64,000 nt of DNA from an uncultured Spirochaetota bacterium (lineage in GTDB: Bacteria > Spirochaetota > Spirochaetia > SZUA-6 > Fen-1364): NCBI GenBank assembly GCA_963845535.1, contig CAWJSK010000012.1, positions 704,001-768,000 of the forward strand, written 5' to 3'. Below the pieces are notes generated by a model. The model was not told the origin of the DNA. It did no database searches and was given only the letters and a program-made list of their open reading frames with translations. This document shows positions 20,705 through 31,642 of the stretch, piece after piece. Position 1 is the first letter of the stretch, and every line of letters starts with the position of its first letter. The translations under genes and the position numbers were made by a program.

Positions 20705-22017
20705 GAGTCCTCATCGCGGATGATGAAAAGAACATCCGGGATTCGATTGCGGCCTTCATCGCCTCAGAAGGCTTGGAGACAGCCGTTGCCGCTGACGGCG
20801 CGGAAGCCAGGGCGCTGCTTGAAAATGAGGCATTCGATTGTCTGATCCTCGACCTGCGAATGCCGAAAATGGACGGCCTCGCGGTCCTGGCGTGGCTGCA
20901 GGAAGCCGGGCCGCGGATGCCGGTGATCGTCATTTCCGCCTACGGGGACGTGCGGGACGCAGTCCAAGCCATGAAGCTCGGCGCAAAAGACTACCTGGTC
21001 AAGCCGTTCGACCCTGAGGAGCTGGTCCTGCGGGTGCGTCGCGCGCTGTCGGAGAACGCCCTCGCCGGGCAGGCTGAGGCAGGGCGGCGCGCAATGGCCG
21101 CGGGAAGCTGGATCGGCGAGGACGAAAAGATGAAAGCCGTCCGCTCCCTCGCGGAGAAGGTGGCGCCCACCTCCTCCACCGTGCTGATCACGGGAGAAAG
21201 CGGCACCGGAAAGGAAGTGGTGGCCCGCCTGCTGCACGCGCTCTCCGCCAACCCTGACGGACCGTTTGTCGCCATCAACGTCGGCGGCGTGCCGGAGGCC
21301 CTGCTGGAATCGGAGCTGTTCGGCCACGAAAAAGGGGCGTTCACCGGGGCCACTGAGCGCAAACGCGGCATGTTCGAGCTTGCCTCATCAGGGACGCTTT
21401 TTCTCGATGAGATCGGCGACATGCCCATGCACCTGCAGGTCAAGCTTCTGCGCGTGCTGCAGGAGAGGAAAGTCCAGCACCTGGGCAGCACGCAGGCAAT
21501 CCCCATCAACGCGCGGATCATCGCCGCGACGAACAGGGAGCTGGAGAAGCAGCTCTCCGAGGGCACCTTCCGCGAGGACCTGTACTACCGCCTCAACGTG
21601 ATCCGCATCGACGTACCGCCCCTGCGGGAAAGGCGCGGTGACATCCCGGCCCTTGCGGGTTTCTTTGTGGAGAAGCTCAACCGCCAGGTGGGGCGCAAAA
21701 TGCGCGGGTTCGAGCCGGAAGCGCTGGCCCGCCTCTCAGCGTACAGTTTCCCGGGGAATGTGCGCGAGCTGGAGAACGCAGTCGAACGGGCGTACATCCT
21801 GAGCTCGGGAGAGCTCATCAGCGCGCGGGACCTGGGCGCGCCGTTCTCCCGCGCCGAGCGCGTTCCAAAAACCGGCAAGCTGCGGGACCAGGAGAGGGAG
21901 CTCATCGAAAAGACCCTTGCCCGCCACGGCGGGAACCGCACTCACGCCGCGCAGGAGCTGGGAATCAGCCGCAGGACCCTCATCAACAAGATCAAGGAAG
22001 CCGGCCTGGAGGGCTGA
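20701..22017 (+). CDS. Sigma54-dependent response regulator (NtrC/ZraR family)
   Basis: REC domain; GESGTGKE, ESELFGHEKGAFTGA, FREDLYYRL; Fis-type HTH. Confidence 0.95.
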   Translation: MRVLIADDEKNIRDSIAAFIASEGLETAVAADGAEARALLENEAFDCLILDLRMPKMDGLAVLAWLQEAGPRMPVIVISAYGDVRDAVQAMKLGAKDYLVKPFDPEELVLRVRRALSENALAGQAEAGRRAMAAGSWIGEDEKMKAVRSLAEKVAPTSSTVLITGESGTGKEVVARLLHALSANPDGPFVAINVGGVPEALLESELFGHEKGAFTGATERKRGMFELASSGTLFLDEIGDMPMHLQVKLLRVLQERKVQHLGSTQAIPINARIIAATNRELEKQLSEGTFREDLYYRLNVIRIDVPPLRERRGDIPALAGFFVEKLNRQVGRKMRGFEPEALARLSAYSFPGNVRELENAVERAYILSSGELISARDLGAPFSRAERVPKTGKLRDQERELIEKTLARHGGNRTHAAQELGISRRTLINKIKEAGLEG

Positions 22018-22082
22018 GGCTCGCACGCCGCATTGGAGTGGAAGGCCGCGTCGCCCACGGCGCAGGTTCCTCCTCCGTGGCG

Positions 22083-22502
22083 TCAGCCCTCGCGGATGGT
22101 GATCTTCGTCTCTATAGGTCCCGCGTTCCGCACGGTGGCCGCAACAGAGCAATACTTGGTCTGGCTCAGCTCCACCGCCCGCTCCACGGCTTCACGGTCA
22201 ATCCCCTTGCCCGTCACGATGTACTCGATTTCAAACCGTGTAAGGGATCGGGGGTGCTCCTCCGCCTGGTCGCCATGGGTCTTCACCTCGAATGCGGTGA
22301 CCTGTTGGCGTTTCTTTTCCAGGATGGAGATCACGTCCATTGCCGTGCAGCCCGCCAGTCCCACCAGGACCAGCTCCAGGGGCCGAAACCCGTCGTTATC
22401 ACCGCCCACCTTGGGGCTGGCGCCCAAGGGAAGGGAGAAATTGCTCGTGAGCCCTGTGCCGGTAAAGCTCATCCCTTTCTTCCACACCACAGACGCATCC
22501 AT
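22083..22502 (-). CDS. OsmC family protein
   Basis: GFRPLELVLVGLAGCTAMD, KYCSV. Confidence 0.92.
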   Translation of the reverse strand: MDASVVWKKGMSFTGTGLTSNFSLPLGASPKVGGDNDGFRPLELVLVGLAGCTAMDVISILEKKRQQVTAFEVKTHGDQAEEHPRSLTRFEIEYIVTGKGIDREAVERAVELSQTKYCSVAATVRNAGPIETKITIREG

Positions 22503-22978
22503 CACGGAGCCTCCGTTTCCTCGTTGAGGTAATCCCCCACTGTCCCCCCGGTGATCGAGACGAGCTGGTCGAAGGTCATCGGGACTCCCGAACAATCCGT
22601 TCCCGCGGCGGGGTAGATCATCTTGTACTGCGACAGACCTGAGTCGATGAAAATGCGGATTGCGCCGTCAATCCCGAATGGGCAGACGCCGCCGGGCCCG
22701 AAGCCGGTTGCGGCAAGGGCTTCGTCCGCGCTCGCCATCCGGGACTTGACCCCCGTGACTGCCTTGAGCTTTGCGGAGGAAAGACGGCGGTCTCCGGGAG
22801 CTATGACCATGAAGACCTTGCCGTTCTTGCCCATGAACAGGAGGGATTTTGCGATCTGCCCCACCGACACGCCGAGCTGCTGCGCCGCAAGAACTGAGGT
22901 GGCGGTGCTGCCTGCCTCGAACTCAGTCGCTCGCAACCCGTGCGCGTCGAGCACGGCGCGAACCTTGTCTGGAATCAT
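22502..22978 (-). CDS. YbaK/EbsC family aminoacyl-tRNA deacylase-like protein
   Basis: QIAKSLLF, TGFGPGGVCPFG, YPAAG. Confidence 0.9.
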   Translation of the reverse strand: MIPDKVRAVLDAHGLRATEFEAGSTATSVLAAQQLGVSVGQIAKSLLFMGKNGKVFMVIAPGDRRLSSAKLKAVTGVKSRMASADEALAATGFGPGGVCPFGIDGAIRIFIDSGLSQYKMIYPAAGTDCSGVPMTFDQLVSITGGTVGDYLNEETEAP

Positions 22979-23113
22979 GATTGAGTCTACGAGAGACACC
23001 CCCGGATCGTCAACATCCGGCATCTCACCAAAGTCCGGCATCTGATTTGACTGAATGCCGGTGAACACATACCTTTGTCAGTCGAGGGCAGCAACAACAA
23101 GAAAGGACCCAGC

Positions 23114-23836
23114 ATGGCAAGCCTGATCGAGCCCACGTGCGACAAGAAAGTGACGAAGGAAGAACTCTTGAAGAAGATGAAAGGCAAGCCTGACTTCATC
23201 CTTGAGGATCACTACTGCAAAGGAGTGGGCGCCTACTGCCTGGACGATGACCTGTGCGTGCAGATGGTGGCAAGCGCCAAGCTTCCGACGCGCTTCGGCA
23301 CCTTCACGCTGTACGGGTTCTTCGACAGTCGGGATGAGAAGGAGCACACGGCTATCGTGCAAGGCGACGTATCCGGAAAAGAGCGGGTGCCGCTTCGCGT
23401 GCATTCCGAGTGCCATACCGGCGACGTGTGGGGATCCCTGCGCTGCGACTGCCGCGACCAGCTTGAAGCCGCAACGAAGTTCATCTCACGCCAGCCCTTC
23501 GGCGCGGTGATCTACCTCAAGCAGGAAGGCCGCGGCATCGGCCTTCTGAACAAGATCAAGGCCTATCAGCTCCAGGACCTCGGGCTGGACACCGTGGAGG
23601 CCAACCAGTTCCTGAACATGCCCGTGGATGCGCGCGACTACAAAGTTGCCGCCAGGATCATCCAGCTCCTGAAGATCCGATCCGTCTCGCTTCTCACGAA
23701 CAACCCTGACAAGATCGAGCAGCTCAAGGCGGAGGGGATAGACGTGGCGGACAGGATCCCCATCGTGATCCCTTCCAACAGCTATGATGAGGACTACCTG
23801 GACGTGAAGAAACGCAAGATGGGACACCTAATCTGA
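23114..23836 (+). CDS. ribA: GTP cyclohydrolase II
   Basis: RVHSECHTGD, RCDCRDQL, QEGRGIGL, LLTNNPDK. Confidence 0.95.
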   Translation: MASLIEPTCDKKVTKEELLKKMKGKPDFILEDHYCKGVGAYCLDDDLCVQMVASAKLPTRFGTFTLYGFFDSRDEKEHTAIVQGDVSGKERVPLRVHSECHTGDVWGSLRCDCRDQLEAATKFISRQPFGAVIYLKQEGRGIGLLNKIKAYQLQDLGLDTVEANQFLNMPVDARDYKVAARIIQLLKIRSVSLLTNNPDKIEQLKAEGIDVADRIPIVIPSNSYDEDYLDVKKRKMGHLI

Positions 23837-25069
23837 AGGCTGAAGCTCCCCTGCCGCCTTTGCAATCCTCTCCATGGCTTCTTCGGTGAGCTCCCGCGTG
23901 TTGAAGGCGCTCATGCGGACGTAGCCTTCTCCGCACCTCCCGAAGCCGCTTCCCGGCGTGATCACCACCGCGGCTTTTGCGAGCAGCCTGTCGAAGAAGC
24001 TCCACGAATCTCCGCCTACCATTGCCCAGACGTACGGGGAGTTTTCCCCTCCAATGCAGGGAAACCCGAGCGCGTCCATCTTCTGGCGGATGAGACGGGC
24101 GTTGCCGAGGTAATAGTCCGAGAGGCCGCGCGTCTCCTTCTTGCCCTCCGGGGTGAAGACAGCCGCGGCGGCGCGCTGCACGGGATAGGAGACCCCGTTG
24201 AGCTTGGTGGACTGGCGGCGTGACCACATGGCGTGGAGGGAGTGCTCCTTCCCGTCCGAATCCCAGGCCATGCACGTTTTGGGCACCACCGTGTAGGCGC
24301 AACGCGTCCCGGTAAAGCCGGCGGTCTTGGAGAAGCTTCGAAACTCGATTGCGCACTCCCGAGCGCCAGGGATTTCATAGATGGAATGCGGGATGGATTC
24401 GTCCCGAATGAAGGAGACATACGCTGCGTCGTACAGGATGAGAGCCTTCGCCGCCCGGGCGTAGTCCACCCACGCGGCAAGCCGCGCGCGGTCAATGGTC
24501 GCCCCGGTGGGGTTATTGGGGAAGCACAGGTAGATCAAGTCCACGCGGGACTTGGGCGGATCAGGGATGAACCCGTTGTCTTCCGTGCAGTCGAGGTAGA
24601 TCAGCCCGGAATACCTGCCGTCCCGGTAGGCTCCCGTGCGGCCTGCCATGACGTTGGTGTCCACGTAAACCGGGTATACCGGGTCAGGGATGGCAATCCT
24701 GATGTCGCCGGCAAAAAGCTCCTGGATATTGGCCGTGTCGGACTTGGCCCCGTCACTGATCGCTATCTCATCAGCGCTGATGTCCGCGCCGCGCGCCTTG
24801 AAGTCGTTCTCCGCGATTGCCGCACGCAGAAAATCGAACCCGAGGTCGGGCGGATAACCGCGAAAAGTCTGTGCGCTTCCCAGCTCCTCCACCGCCTGGC
24901 GGAATGCCTTCACGATGGCGGGCGTCAGAGGAAGCGTCACGTCGCCGACCCCCAGGCTTATCACCTTCGCGTCCGCCCGCTGCTCCTTGAACGCCGCGAC
25001 CCGCCGGGAGATCTCGCTGAAAAGATACGATGAGGACAGCTTCGGGTAGTTGGGGTTGATCCGGATCAT
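23828..25069 (-). CDS. dapL: LL-diaminopimelate aminotransferase
   Basis: SYLFSEI, LGVGDVT, SDGAKSD, SFSKTAGFTGTRC. Confidence 0.95.
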   Translation of the reverse strand: MIRINPNYPKLSSSYLFSEISRRVAAFKEQRADAKVISLGVGDVTLPLTPAIVKAFRQAVEELGSAQTFRGYPPDLGFDFLRAAIAENDFKARGADISADEIAISDGAKSDTANIQELFAGDIRIAIPDPVYPVYVDTNVMAGRTGAYRDGRYSGLIYLDCTEDNGFIPDPPKSRVDLIYLCFPNNPTGATIDRARLAAWVDYARAAKALILYDAAYVSFIRDESIPHSIYEIPGARECAIEFRSFSKTAGFTGTRCAYTVVPKTCMAWDSDGKEHSLHAMWSRRQSTKLNGVSYPVQRAAAAVFTPEGKKETRGLSDYYLGNARLIRQKMDALGFPCIGGENSPYVWAMVGGDSWSFFDRLLAKAAVVITPGSGFGRCGEGYVRMSAFNTRELTEEAMERIAKAAGELQPSD

Positions 25070-25155
25070 GCAACCTTATACCCGCCGCGTTCCCGCGGTG
25101 TCAAGGAAAGGATGGCGGGTTGAGGGCAGGGCGAGTTTTGTGTACCTTATATACC

Positions 25156-25680
25156 ATGGAAAAACTCCGCTACCCAATAGGGAAGTTCAGCTTCGATGCC
25201 GACATCACCCCTGAAAAAAGATCAGCGTGGATACGGGATATCGAGAACCTTCCCCGGGAGCTGCGCCGCGCTTTGTCCGGCCTGTCCCCTTCCCAGCTCG
25301 ACACCCCCTACCGCGACGGCGGGTGGACCGTTCGGCAGCTTGCGCACCACATTGCCGACAGCCATATGAACGCCTTCATCCGCTGGAAGCTCGCTTTGAC
25401 GGAGTCCAGCCCCACCATCAAGCCATACGACCAGGATGAGTGGGTGACCACCGCGGACGTGACAAGCGCGGACGTCGAGCCGTCCCTTGCCCTCCTGGAA
25501 GGGCTTCATGCCCGGTGGGTCCGCCTCGTTGCCTCCCTTTCGCCTTCGGACTTCGCGCGGGCCTTCAACCACCCCGAAAGCGGGATGCAGACGCTGGACC
25601 GCCAGCTTCAGCTCTACGCCTGGCACTGCCGTCATCACGTTGCGCACATCGTTTCCCTGAGAGAAAGAAAGGACTGGTAA
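25156..25680 (+). CDS. YfiT/BstA-like DinB superfamily thiol transferase
   Basis: LRYPIGKF, PYRDGGWTVRQLAHHIADSH, YAWHCRHH. Confidence 0.9.
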   Translation: MEKLRYPIGKFSFDADITPEKRSAWIRDIENLPRELRRALSGLSPSQLDTPYRDGGWTVRQLAHHIADSHMNAFIRWKLALTESSPTIKPYDQDEWVTTADVTSADVEPSLALLEGLHARWVRLVASLSPSDFARAFNHPESGMQTLDRQLQLYAWHCRHHVAHIVSLRERKDW

Positions 25681-25692
25681 CTTCACATCCAT

Positions 25693-26604
25693 ATGAAATC
25701 ACCCAAACAAGTCGGACTTGAAAACGAGATCCGCTCCCGCCTGAGCGGCGTCCCAAGAGCGGCCGCGGACATCCTCCTGGATGACCAGGAGGTCCAGCAT
25801 CTTCAGGAATATGCGAACGTCGTCTCCATAAAAAGGCTGGGATACAACGACCACGGACCGGTGCACATGCGCACCGTCGTGCTCAACGCCCTCGTCATGG
25901 CGGAGCTGATGCACGGCGCGGGCATCCCTCTCAGCCTGGAGTCGGATGACGCGGGCACCTACGAGGACAGCCTTGTGGCCCTCCTCCTGGCGGGCATGCT
26001 GCATGACGTCGGCATGTCCATTGGCCGCGCCGATCATGAGCACGACGGAGTGTGGATTTCCCTCCCCATCATGGACAGGGTCCTTGCCCGGCTCTATGGG
26101 GATGACGTGGGGCGCCGCGTCGTGGTGCGCTCCCTGGCGGTGGAGTGCATTGTGGGCCATATGGCCACCCAGCGGGTCCACTCCCTGGAGGCGGGCCTGA
26201 TCCTCATTGCTGACGGATGTGACATGGAGAAAGGCCGCGCCCGAATTCCCATGATGATCGCAACCGAATCTCGAGTGGGTGACATCCACAAGTACTCGGC
26301 TTCCGCCATCGAGAACGTCAGCATTGAGCGGGGGGCCGAGCGGCCCATCCGCATCACCGTGGAAATGAAAGCCACCGTGGGCTTCTTCCAGGTGGAGGAA
26401 GTGCTCCTGCACAAGATCGACTGGAGCCCGGCAAAACCGTTCATCGAGCTGTACGCGGGAATCATCGGAAAGAAGCTCAAGTGCTACCTGGGGTGCGCTG
26501 GGGCGGGCGCCGGAGGCCATGCGGGTGCAGGCGCCGGGGCCCATGCCGCAAAAGCTGGGAACGGCGCGCCTCAAAACGCTAGGCGCGCGGCAGGGAGATC
26601 GTGA
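25693..26604 (+). CDS. HD-domain phosphohydrolase
   Basis: LGYNDHGPVH, LHDVG, ADGCDMEKGRAR; low-complexity C-terminal tail. Confidence 0.88.
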   Translation: MKSPKQVGLENEIRSRLSGVPRAAADILLDDQEVQHLQEYANVVSIKRLGYNDHGPVHMRTVVLNALVMAELMHGAGIPLSLESDDAGTYEDSLVALLLAGMLHDVGMSIGRADHEHDGVWISLPIMDRVLARLYGDDVGRRVVVRSLAVECIVGHMATQRVHSLEAGLILIADGCDMEKGRARIPMMIATESRVGDIHKYSASAIENVSIERGAERPIRITVEMKATVGFFQVEEVLLHKIDWSPAKPFIELYAGIIGKKLKCYLGCAGAGAGGHAGAGAGAHAAKAGNGAPQNARRAAGRS

Positions 26605-27693
26605 TCACGGTCCCGCCGCCGGGCCGCGCGTGCGCCTCCACCTGCCCGCCGCTCTGATGGACAATCCCGAAGACGGTTGCAAGCTCGAGGCCTGCGCCCA
26701 CGACACCCGCGCGGCTCGCGAAATACGGCTCGAACGCGCGTGAGCACGCAGCGGGGCTCATCCCGCACCCCGTGTCGCTGACTGACAGCACCACCCTCTC
26801 GGCCGACGTGCTCGCCTCCACGTCGAGAGAACCGCCCGAAGGCATGGCTTCCCGGGCGTTCAGAGCCATTGCAAGGATCGCCTCTTCCAGATGCGCGGGA
26901 TCAGCAGAGACGTACGCCGCGCTCGGGTCCAGCCGCAGCGCGACTCTTGTACCGCGGCCCATGAGGTCCTGAAGCCGGCCCCGCATCCCCTCCACCAGAG
27001 CGTTCAGGTCGACGCGTTTCATGACCCGCTGCCGGCGCCCGCTGAAGGTCAGCAGCTTATAGACGATCCGCGCGGCCCGCTCCGCCGCCTGATCGATTTC
27101 CCGCACGGCATGCCGGTCATCCGCGGCGAGCTGCCGCGACTCCAGCAACTGCGCGTTCCCGATGATCGCGGTGAGCAGGTTGTTGAAGTCGTGGGCAACC
27201 CCGCCGGCCAGACGGGCCACTGCCTCCTGCGTCCGAGATCGCTCCGCCAGCTCCGTCAGCTCTGCTTGCTCCGTGAGCCGCGTCGGCCGCGCGGCCGCCC
27301 GGTCCACGGATTCCCGAAGCGGGCTGACGGTGAGCTGAACCGTTTGCGGTGCCTCCCACTCCGCGCGCGCCAGGCTCGCGTGAGAGTCGAACAGGACGCC
27401 GTCGAAACATCGCAGGCGCACTTCGAAGGCCTGGGGCCAGCCCTCGCGGGCGGCCTGGGCGCGCCAGGCCATCTCGAGCCGTGAATCACTCCCGTCGGGC
27501 TGGCGGGCGGGAAGGATCTGGTTCAGGAGAGCGCCGGCAGACGGATCAGCGCTTCGAAAGAGCGCGGCAGCCGCAGGGTTGAACCTCACCGATCCCTGCG
27601 GACCGATAAGAACAATCGGCTGGAGCGCTGATTCGAACATCGATCGATATTTCGCGCGCGGGCCTCTCCGTGCGCGTCCTGATGCGTCCGCAT
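26579..27693 (-). CDS. Cytoplasmic PAS histidine kinase (probable 2-nt indel ~27655)
   Basis: PAS-like N-terminus; VAHDFNNLL, NAREAM, DTGCGM, degenerate G2 box; RBS-preceded ATG at 27693 is out of frame by 2 nt across a (GC)n run. Confidence 0.8.
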
Positions 27694-27723
27694 GACGAGC
27701 ACTCCCCACCCGGTGCCCCAACC

Positions 27724-29931
27724 TCACCTGACCAGCTCCAGCTTCTTCACTTTGCCATCGCCGTTACTGTTCCCGCTGTGGCCGTTGCCGCTAGTTGCCA
27801 TTGCCGTTCGCCCCGTGGCCGTTGCCGTTCCCTTCTATCTGGACTTTCACGATGTGGGGCGTCGGCGCGCCGGGAAGGGCGACCCCGTTGTCACCGTCGG
27901 CCTTGATCTTGAATTGCGCGGTCATGCGCTGCAGCTCCTGCGCCATGCTGGAAAGCTGCTCGGTGGAGGAGGACATCTCTTCCGCTGATGATGCCGCCGA
28001 CTGTGTCAGCTCGTTCACGCTCTCGACGGCCTTGGACACCTGCTTCGAGTTCGCGCTCTGCTGTTCGGTGGCGGCTGAGATGCTCTGGCTCATCTCGCTG
28101 ACGTTCTCCAGCGCCTTGGCCAGCTCCTTGATGGCGCCAACCTGCTGCTGCATGCTGTCGGTGAGCTCGGCAATCATGTCCTTCACCTTTTGAGAAGCGC
28201 CGCGGATCTGCTCCATGGCGCCCTGGGAGCCGTTGGCAATCTCCACGCCCCTGGTCACGTTCTTTACGCTTTCCCTGATGAGCCCTTCTATCTCCTTGGT
28301 TGAAGAAGAGGACCGGTCCGCCAGCTTGCTCACCTCGTCTGCAACCACCGCGAACCCGCGACCGTGCTCCCCTGCCCTCGCCGCCTCGATGGAAGCGTTC
28401 AACGCCAGGAGGTTCGTCTGGTCGGCGATATCGGAGATGACGTTTATGATCCCGCCGATCTTCTCGGAGCTTTCGGCGATCAGCGTGATCCCCCGCACCA
28501 CTTCCGTGACGGCCCGCGCCCCTTCCTGTGCATTCTCCACGGACTTCGCCGCAAGCCCCGAGATCTCGGTGAGACTGTGTGAGATGTCGTCAATGGACTT
28601 CTGCACCTGCGCCATGGAGCTTGCTCCCTGCTCCACCGCCGCCGCCTGCGACTGTGCGTTCTCACTGACCTGGTCAACGGAGGCGGACAGCTCTTCCACG
28701 GAAGCTGATGTCTCCTCGAGCGTCGAGGCCTGGCTCTGCGCCCCTTCGGCAAGGGACATGGAGCTGGCGGAGATCTCCTCGCTGGAGGCTGCCACTTGCT
28801 CTGCGCTTTCCTGGATGGTGGCAACCATGCCTCTCAGTCTCACCGACATGGAGTTGAGCGCATCGGCGAGCTTCCCCACTTCGTCGCGCTGATGGATGGG
28901 GAGCTGTTGAGTGAAATCCCCCCCGGCTACAAGCTGCGCGAACTCGACCCCGCGGCGTATGGGGATTCGTGATGCCGCGCGAAAACAGCAGGAAGACAAG
29001 GAAAGCGAGAATGACCGCCGCCAAACCCGACGAGCATGACGAGGTTTCGCACCTCGTAGATCGTTCCGAGGTACTCGGCGTCCGGAAGCGTAAAGCCGAC
29101 GCTCCATCCCGTGGAAGCCACGGGCGCGTACCCTGCGGTCTTCGCCACTCCCTGGAACACGTAGTGATCGACCCCGGCTTCTCCGTTGACCATCTTGGCG
29201 GCAAAGCCTTCCGAGCCTTTCTGTTCGAGCAGGTTCATCTTGAGGATATTCTCCGCGTTCGGATGCGCGATGATGATGCCGGAACGGTCAACCACATAGG
29301 CATACCCGGTCTTTCCGATCGTCTCCTTGACGATCATGTCGTTCAGGAAGCCGATGTCCACGATCAACGTGGCCACGCCGACGACCCGATCCCCATCCTT
29401 CACGGGCATGGCCACGGGAGACACAGGTTTGCCGGAAACCTTGCTTTGTACCACCATTCCAATGCTGGGTTTTCCTGCCAGCCCGTCTTTCACGTACTGC
29501 CTCTCGCGCAGATCGAGCCCGACGTCGCTGTTGTCGGAGCTGGTGATGACCAATCCGCTCGAGCCGACGAGGGTGACCCTTTCATAGGCCCCGCCCAACT
29601 GCGGGTTGTCGTGGAACGTCGAAAGCTTGCGAAAAGCCGCCGCGAGCTCCTTCTGTGACTTTGCCGCGCCTTTGTCTGCTTCTGCCGCGGCCGCCGCCAC
29701 GATGGTCGGGTCAGTTGCAAGGCTCAGGGCAATGCGGCTTTCCTCGGCGAAGACCCTGTCGACCACCTGGGCGGTATCCTTGGCCCGTGCTCCAAGCTGT
29801 TCACGTTCGATTGCCGTGAGCCCTGTCGTGGAACGGGCGACGCTGAAGAACGCCACGATCAGCAGAGGGATGATCATGATGATCGTTCCGACCGTAATGA
29901 GCTTGGCCCCGATTCGAATGTTCTTTAGCAT
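27724..29931 (-). CDS. Methyl-accepting chemotaxis protein, dCache-HAMP-MA (three apparent indels)
   Basis: TM-Cache(GYAYVVD..G.IIAHP)-[36 protein letters not shown]; indels ~29024, ~28962, ~27792. Confidence 0.9.
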
Positions 29932-29973
29932 CTGTTGCCTCCTAGCCACGCCTGCTCGCGGCTAAGGACAGAA

Positions 29974-29989
29974 TGCAAGTGGCAGGCCA
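29974..29989 (-). promoter_or_regulatory. Putative sigma54 promoter of the MCP gene
   Basis: Minus strand TGGCCTGCCACTTGCA (GG-N10-GC), about 40 bp upstream of the ATG. Confidence 0.65.
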
Positions 29990-30148
29990 AACAGGGGTTC
30001 AGCCAACAAGAATTATCAGAACTCCTAATTGTTTTTTCACAAAGAGAATAGAGCGTGCACTTCAAAGAGGCGCGGCGCTGTTGCTTTGGAAGCCAACGCT
30101 GTTCGGTGTTGTAGAACTATGACACCGTTGCAAAAAGACTACGCTTTT

Positions 30149-31552
30149 TCAATCCGGGGTTTCCCTGCTCAGGCCGTGCTTTTTCAGCTTTTCGTAAAGG
30201 TTCGGCCTGGGAATTTCGGATATCCGAGCCGCCTGTGAGATGTTTCCGCCCGCCTGCGCCAGAAGAGCTTTCAAATATTCGCGCTCGAAATCGTCCTTGG
30301 CGGCTGCAAACGGCTTGACCAGGCTGTCCGCCAGGGGGCCAGGGCTGGCGGGAAGGTCCCGCAGGTTGGCCGGCAGGTCCTTCGGGAGTAGCTCGGTCCC
30401 CTCGGTGACGGCCACGGCGCGCTCCACCACGTTCTCGAGCTCTCGGATGTTGCCGTCCCATCTGTAGCGAAGGAACGCGTTCATAACCTCAGAAGAAATC
30501 CCTTTCACGTCCTTCTGGAACTCCAGCGCGTAACGGCGAAGGAAGTGATACGCCAGGAGCGACACGTCTTCCGTGCGTTCTCGAAGCGGCGGCACGTGGA
30601 CCGTGATGACGTTGATACGATAGTACAGGTCTTTGCGGAATCTGCCTTCCTGGACTTCCTGCTCCAATTCCCGGTTGGTGGATGCAATGACGCGCACGTC
30701 GTTCGCGATGTCCTCCGTGCCGCCCAGGCGCTGGAAACTGTGCTCCTGCAGGACGCGGAGCAGCTTCACCTGCAGCTCCCCGGACATCTCGCTGATCTCA
30801 TCGAGGAAGATCGTGCCGCCGTCCGCGGCTTCGAAATAGCCGATCTTGCGGCTGTCAGCGCCCGTGAACGCGCCGCGCTCGTAGCCGAACAGCTCGCTTT
30901 CAAGCAGGTTCACCGGGATCACCCCGCAGTTGATGCCGACGAACCTTTTCCCGGCCCTCGGGCTCTTCTCGTGGATGGACCTGGCCAGGAGCTCCTTGCC
31001 CGTCCCGCTTTCCCCCTGCAGCAGCACGGTGCTTCGAAGCGGCGCCACCTTCTCCACGAGCTGGAAGATGTCGAGCATCTTCTTGCTCCTGGCAATGATG
31101 GCCCCGCCGCCGCCCGAAAGGGCAAGGGACTCCCGCAGCGCGTTGTATTCACGCTTGAGCCTGCGGTACTCGAGGATCCTCTTGATGATCAACCCGAAAG
31201 CTTCGAGCTGCAGGGGCTTCAGCATGTACTCCTCAGCCCCGAGCTTCATTGCCTCCACGGCGGTCTTCACCGCGCCGTAGGCCGTCAGGATGATGACGGA
31301 TGCGCTCTCATCGATCTTCCTGATCTCCTGCAGCACGCTGAGCCCGTCCATCTCCGGCATCTTCAGGTCGAGCACGATCAGGTCGTAGCTTGTTTTCTGC
31401 GCGAGCGTTATGGCCGTTGACCCGCGGGTTGTGGCGTCGACGGCGCACCCCATGCGCTGGAGAAACATCGAAAGCACGTCGAGGATGGCTTTCTCATCAT
31501 CGACGATGAGGACCCGGCAGACAAGCTCGGCTGCAGCGGGAGTGCCGCTCAT
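30149..31552 (-). CDS. Sigma54-dependent response regulator
   Basis: REC domain; GESGTGKE, GAFTGA, FRKDLYYRI; HTH. Confidence 0.95.
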   Translation of the reverse strand: MSGTPAAAELVCRVLIVDDEKAILDVLSMFLQRMGCAVDATTRGSTAITLAQKTSYDLIVLDLKMPEMDGLSVLQEIRKIDESASVIILTAYGAVKTAVEAMKLGAEEYMLKPLQLEAFGLIIKRILEYRRLKREYNALRESLALSGGGGAIIARSKKMLDIFQLVEKVAPLRSTVLLQGESGTGKELLARSIHEKSPRAGKRFVGINCGVIPVNLLESELFGYERGAFTGADSRKIGYFEAADGGTIFLDEISEMSGELQVKLLRVLQEHSFQRLGGTEDIANDVRVIASTNRELEQEVQEGRFRKDLYYRINVITVHVPPLRERTEDVSLLAYHFLRRYALEFQKDVKGISSEVMNAFLRYRWDGNIRELENVVERAVAVTEGTELLPKDLPANLRDLPASPGPLADSLVKPFAAAKDDFEREYLKALLAQAGGNISQAARISEIPRPNLYEKLKKHGLSRETPD

Positions 31553-31642
31553 TTCTTCCACAGTAATCCATCCTCGGCGCGCGCGCAAGAACTGCGCGGC
31601 GCCTTGCAATTCCCGCGCTGAATGGGCATCCTGGGCGGACAC

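Noticed and set aside
26490..26604. Functional Gly/Ala/His tail on the HD protein
   Set aside because: Looks like a local duplication or lost stop running into the convergent gene; no support for function.
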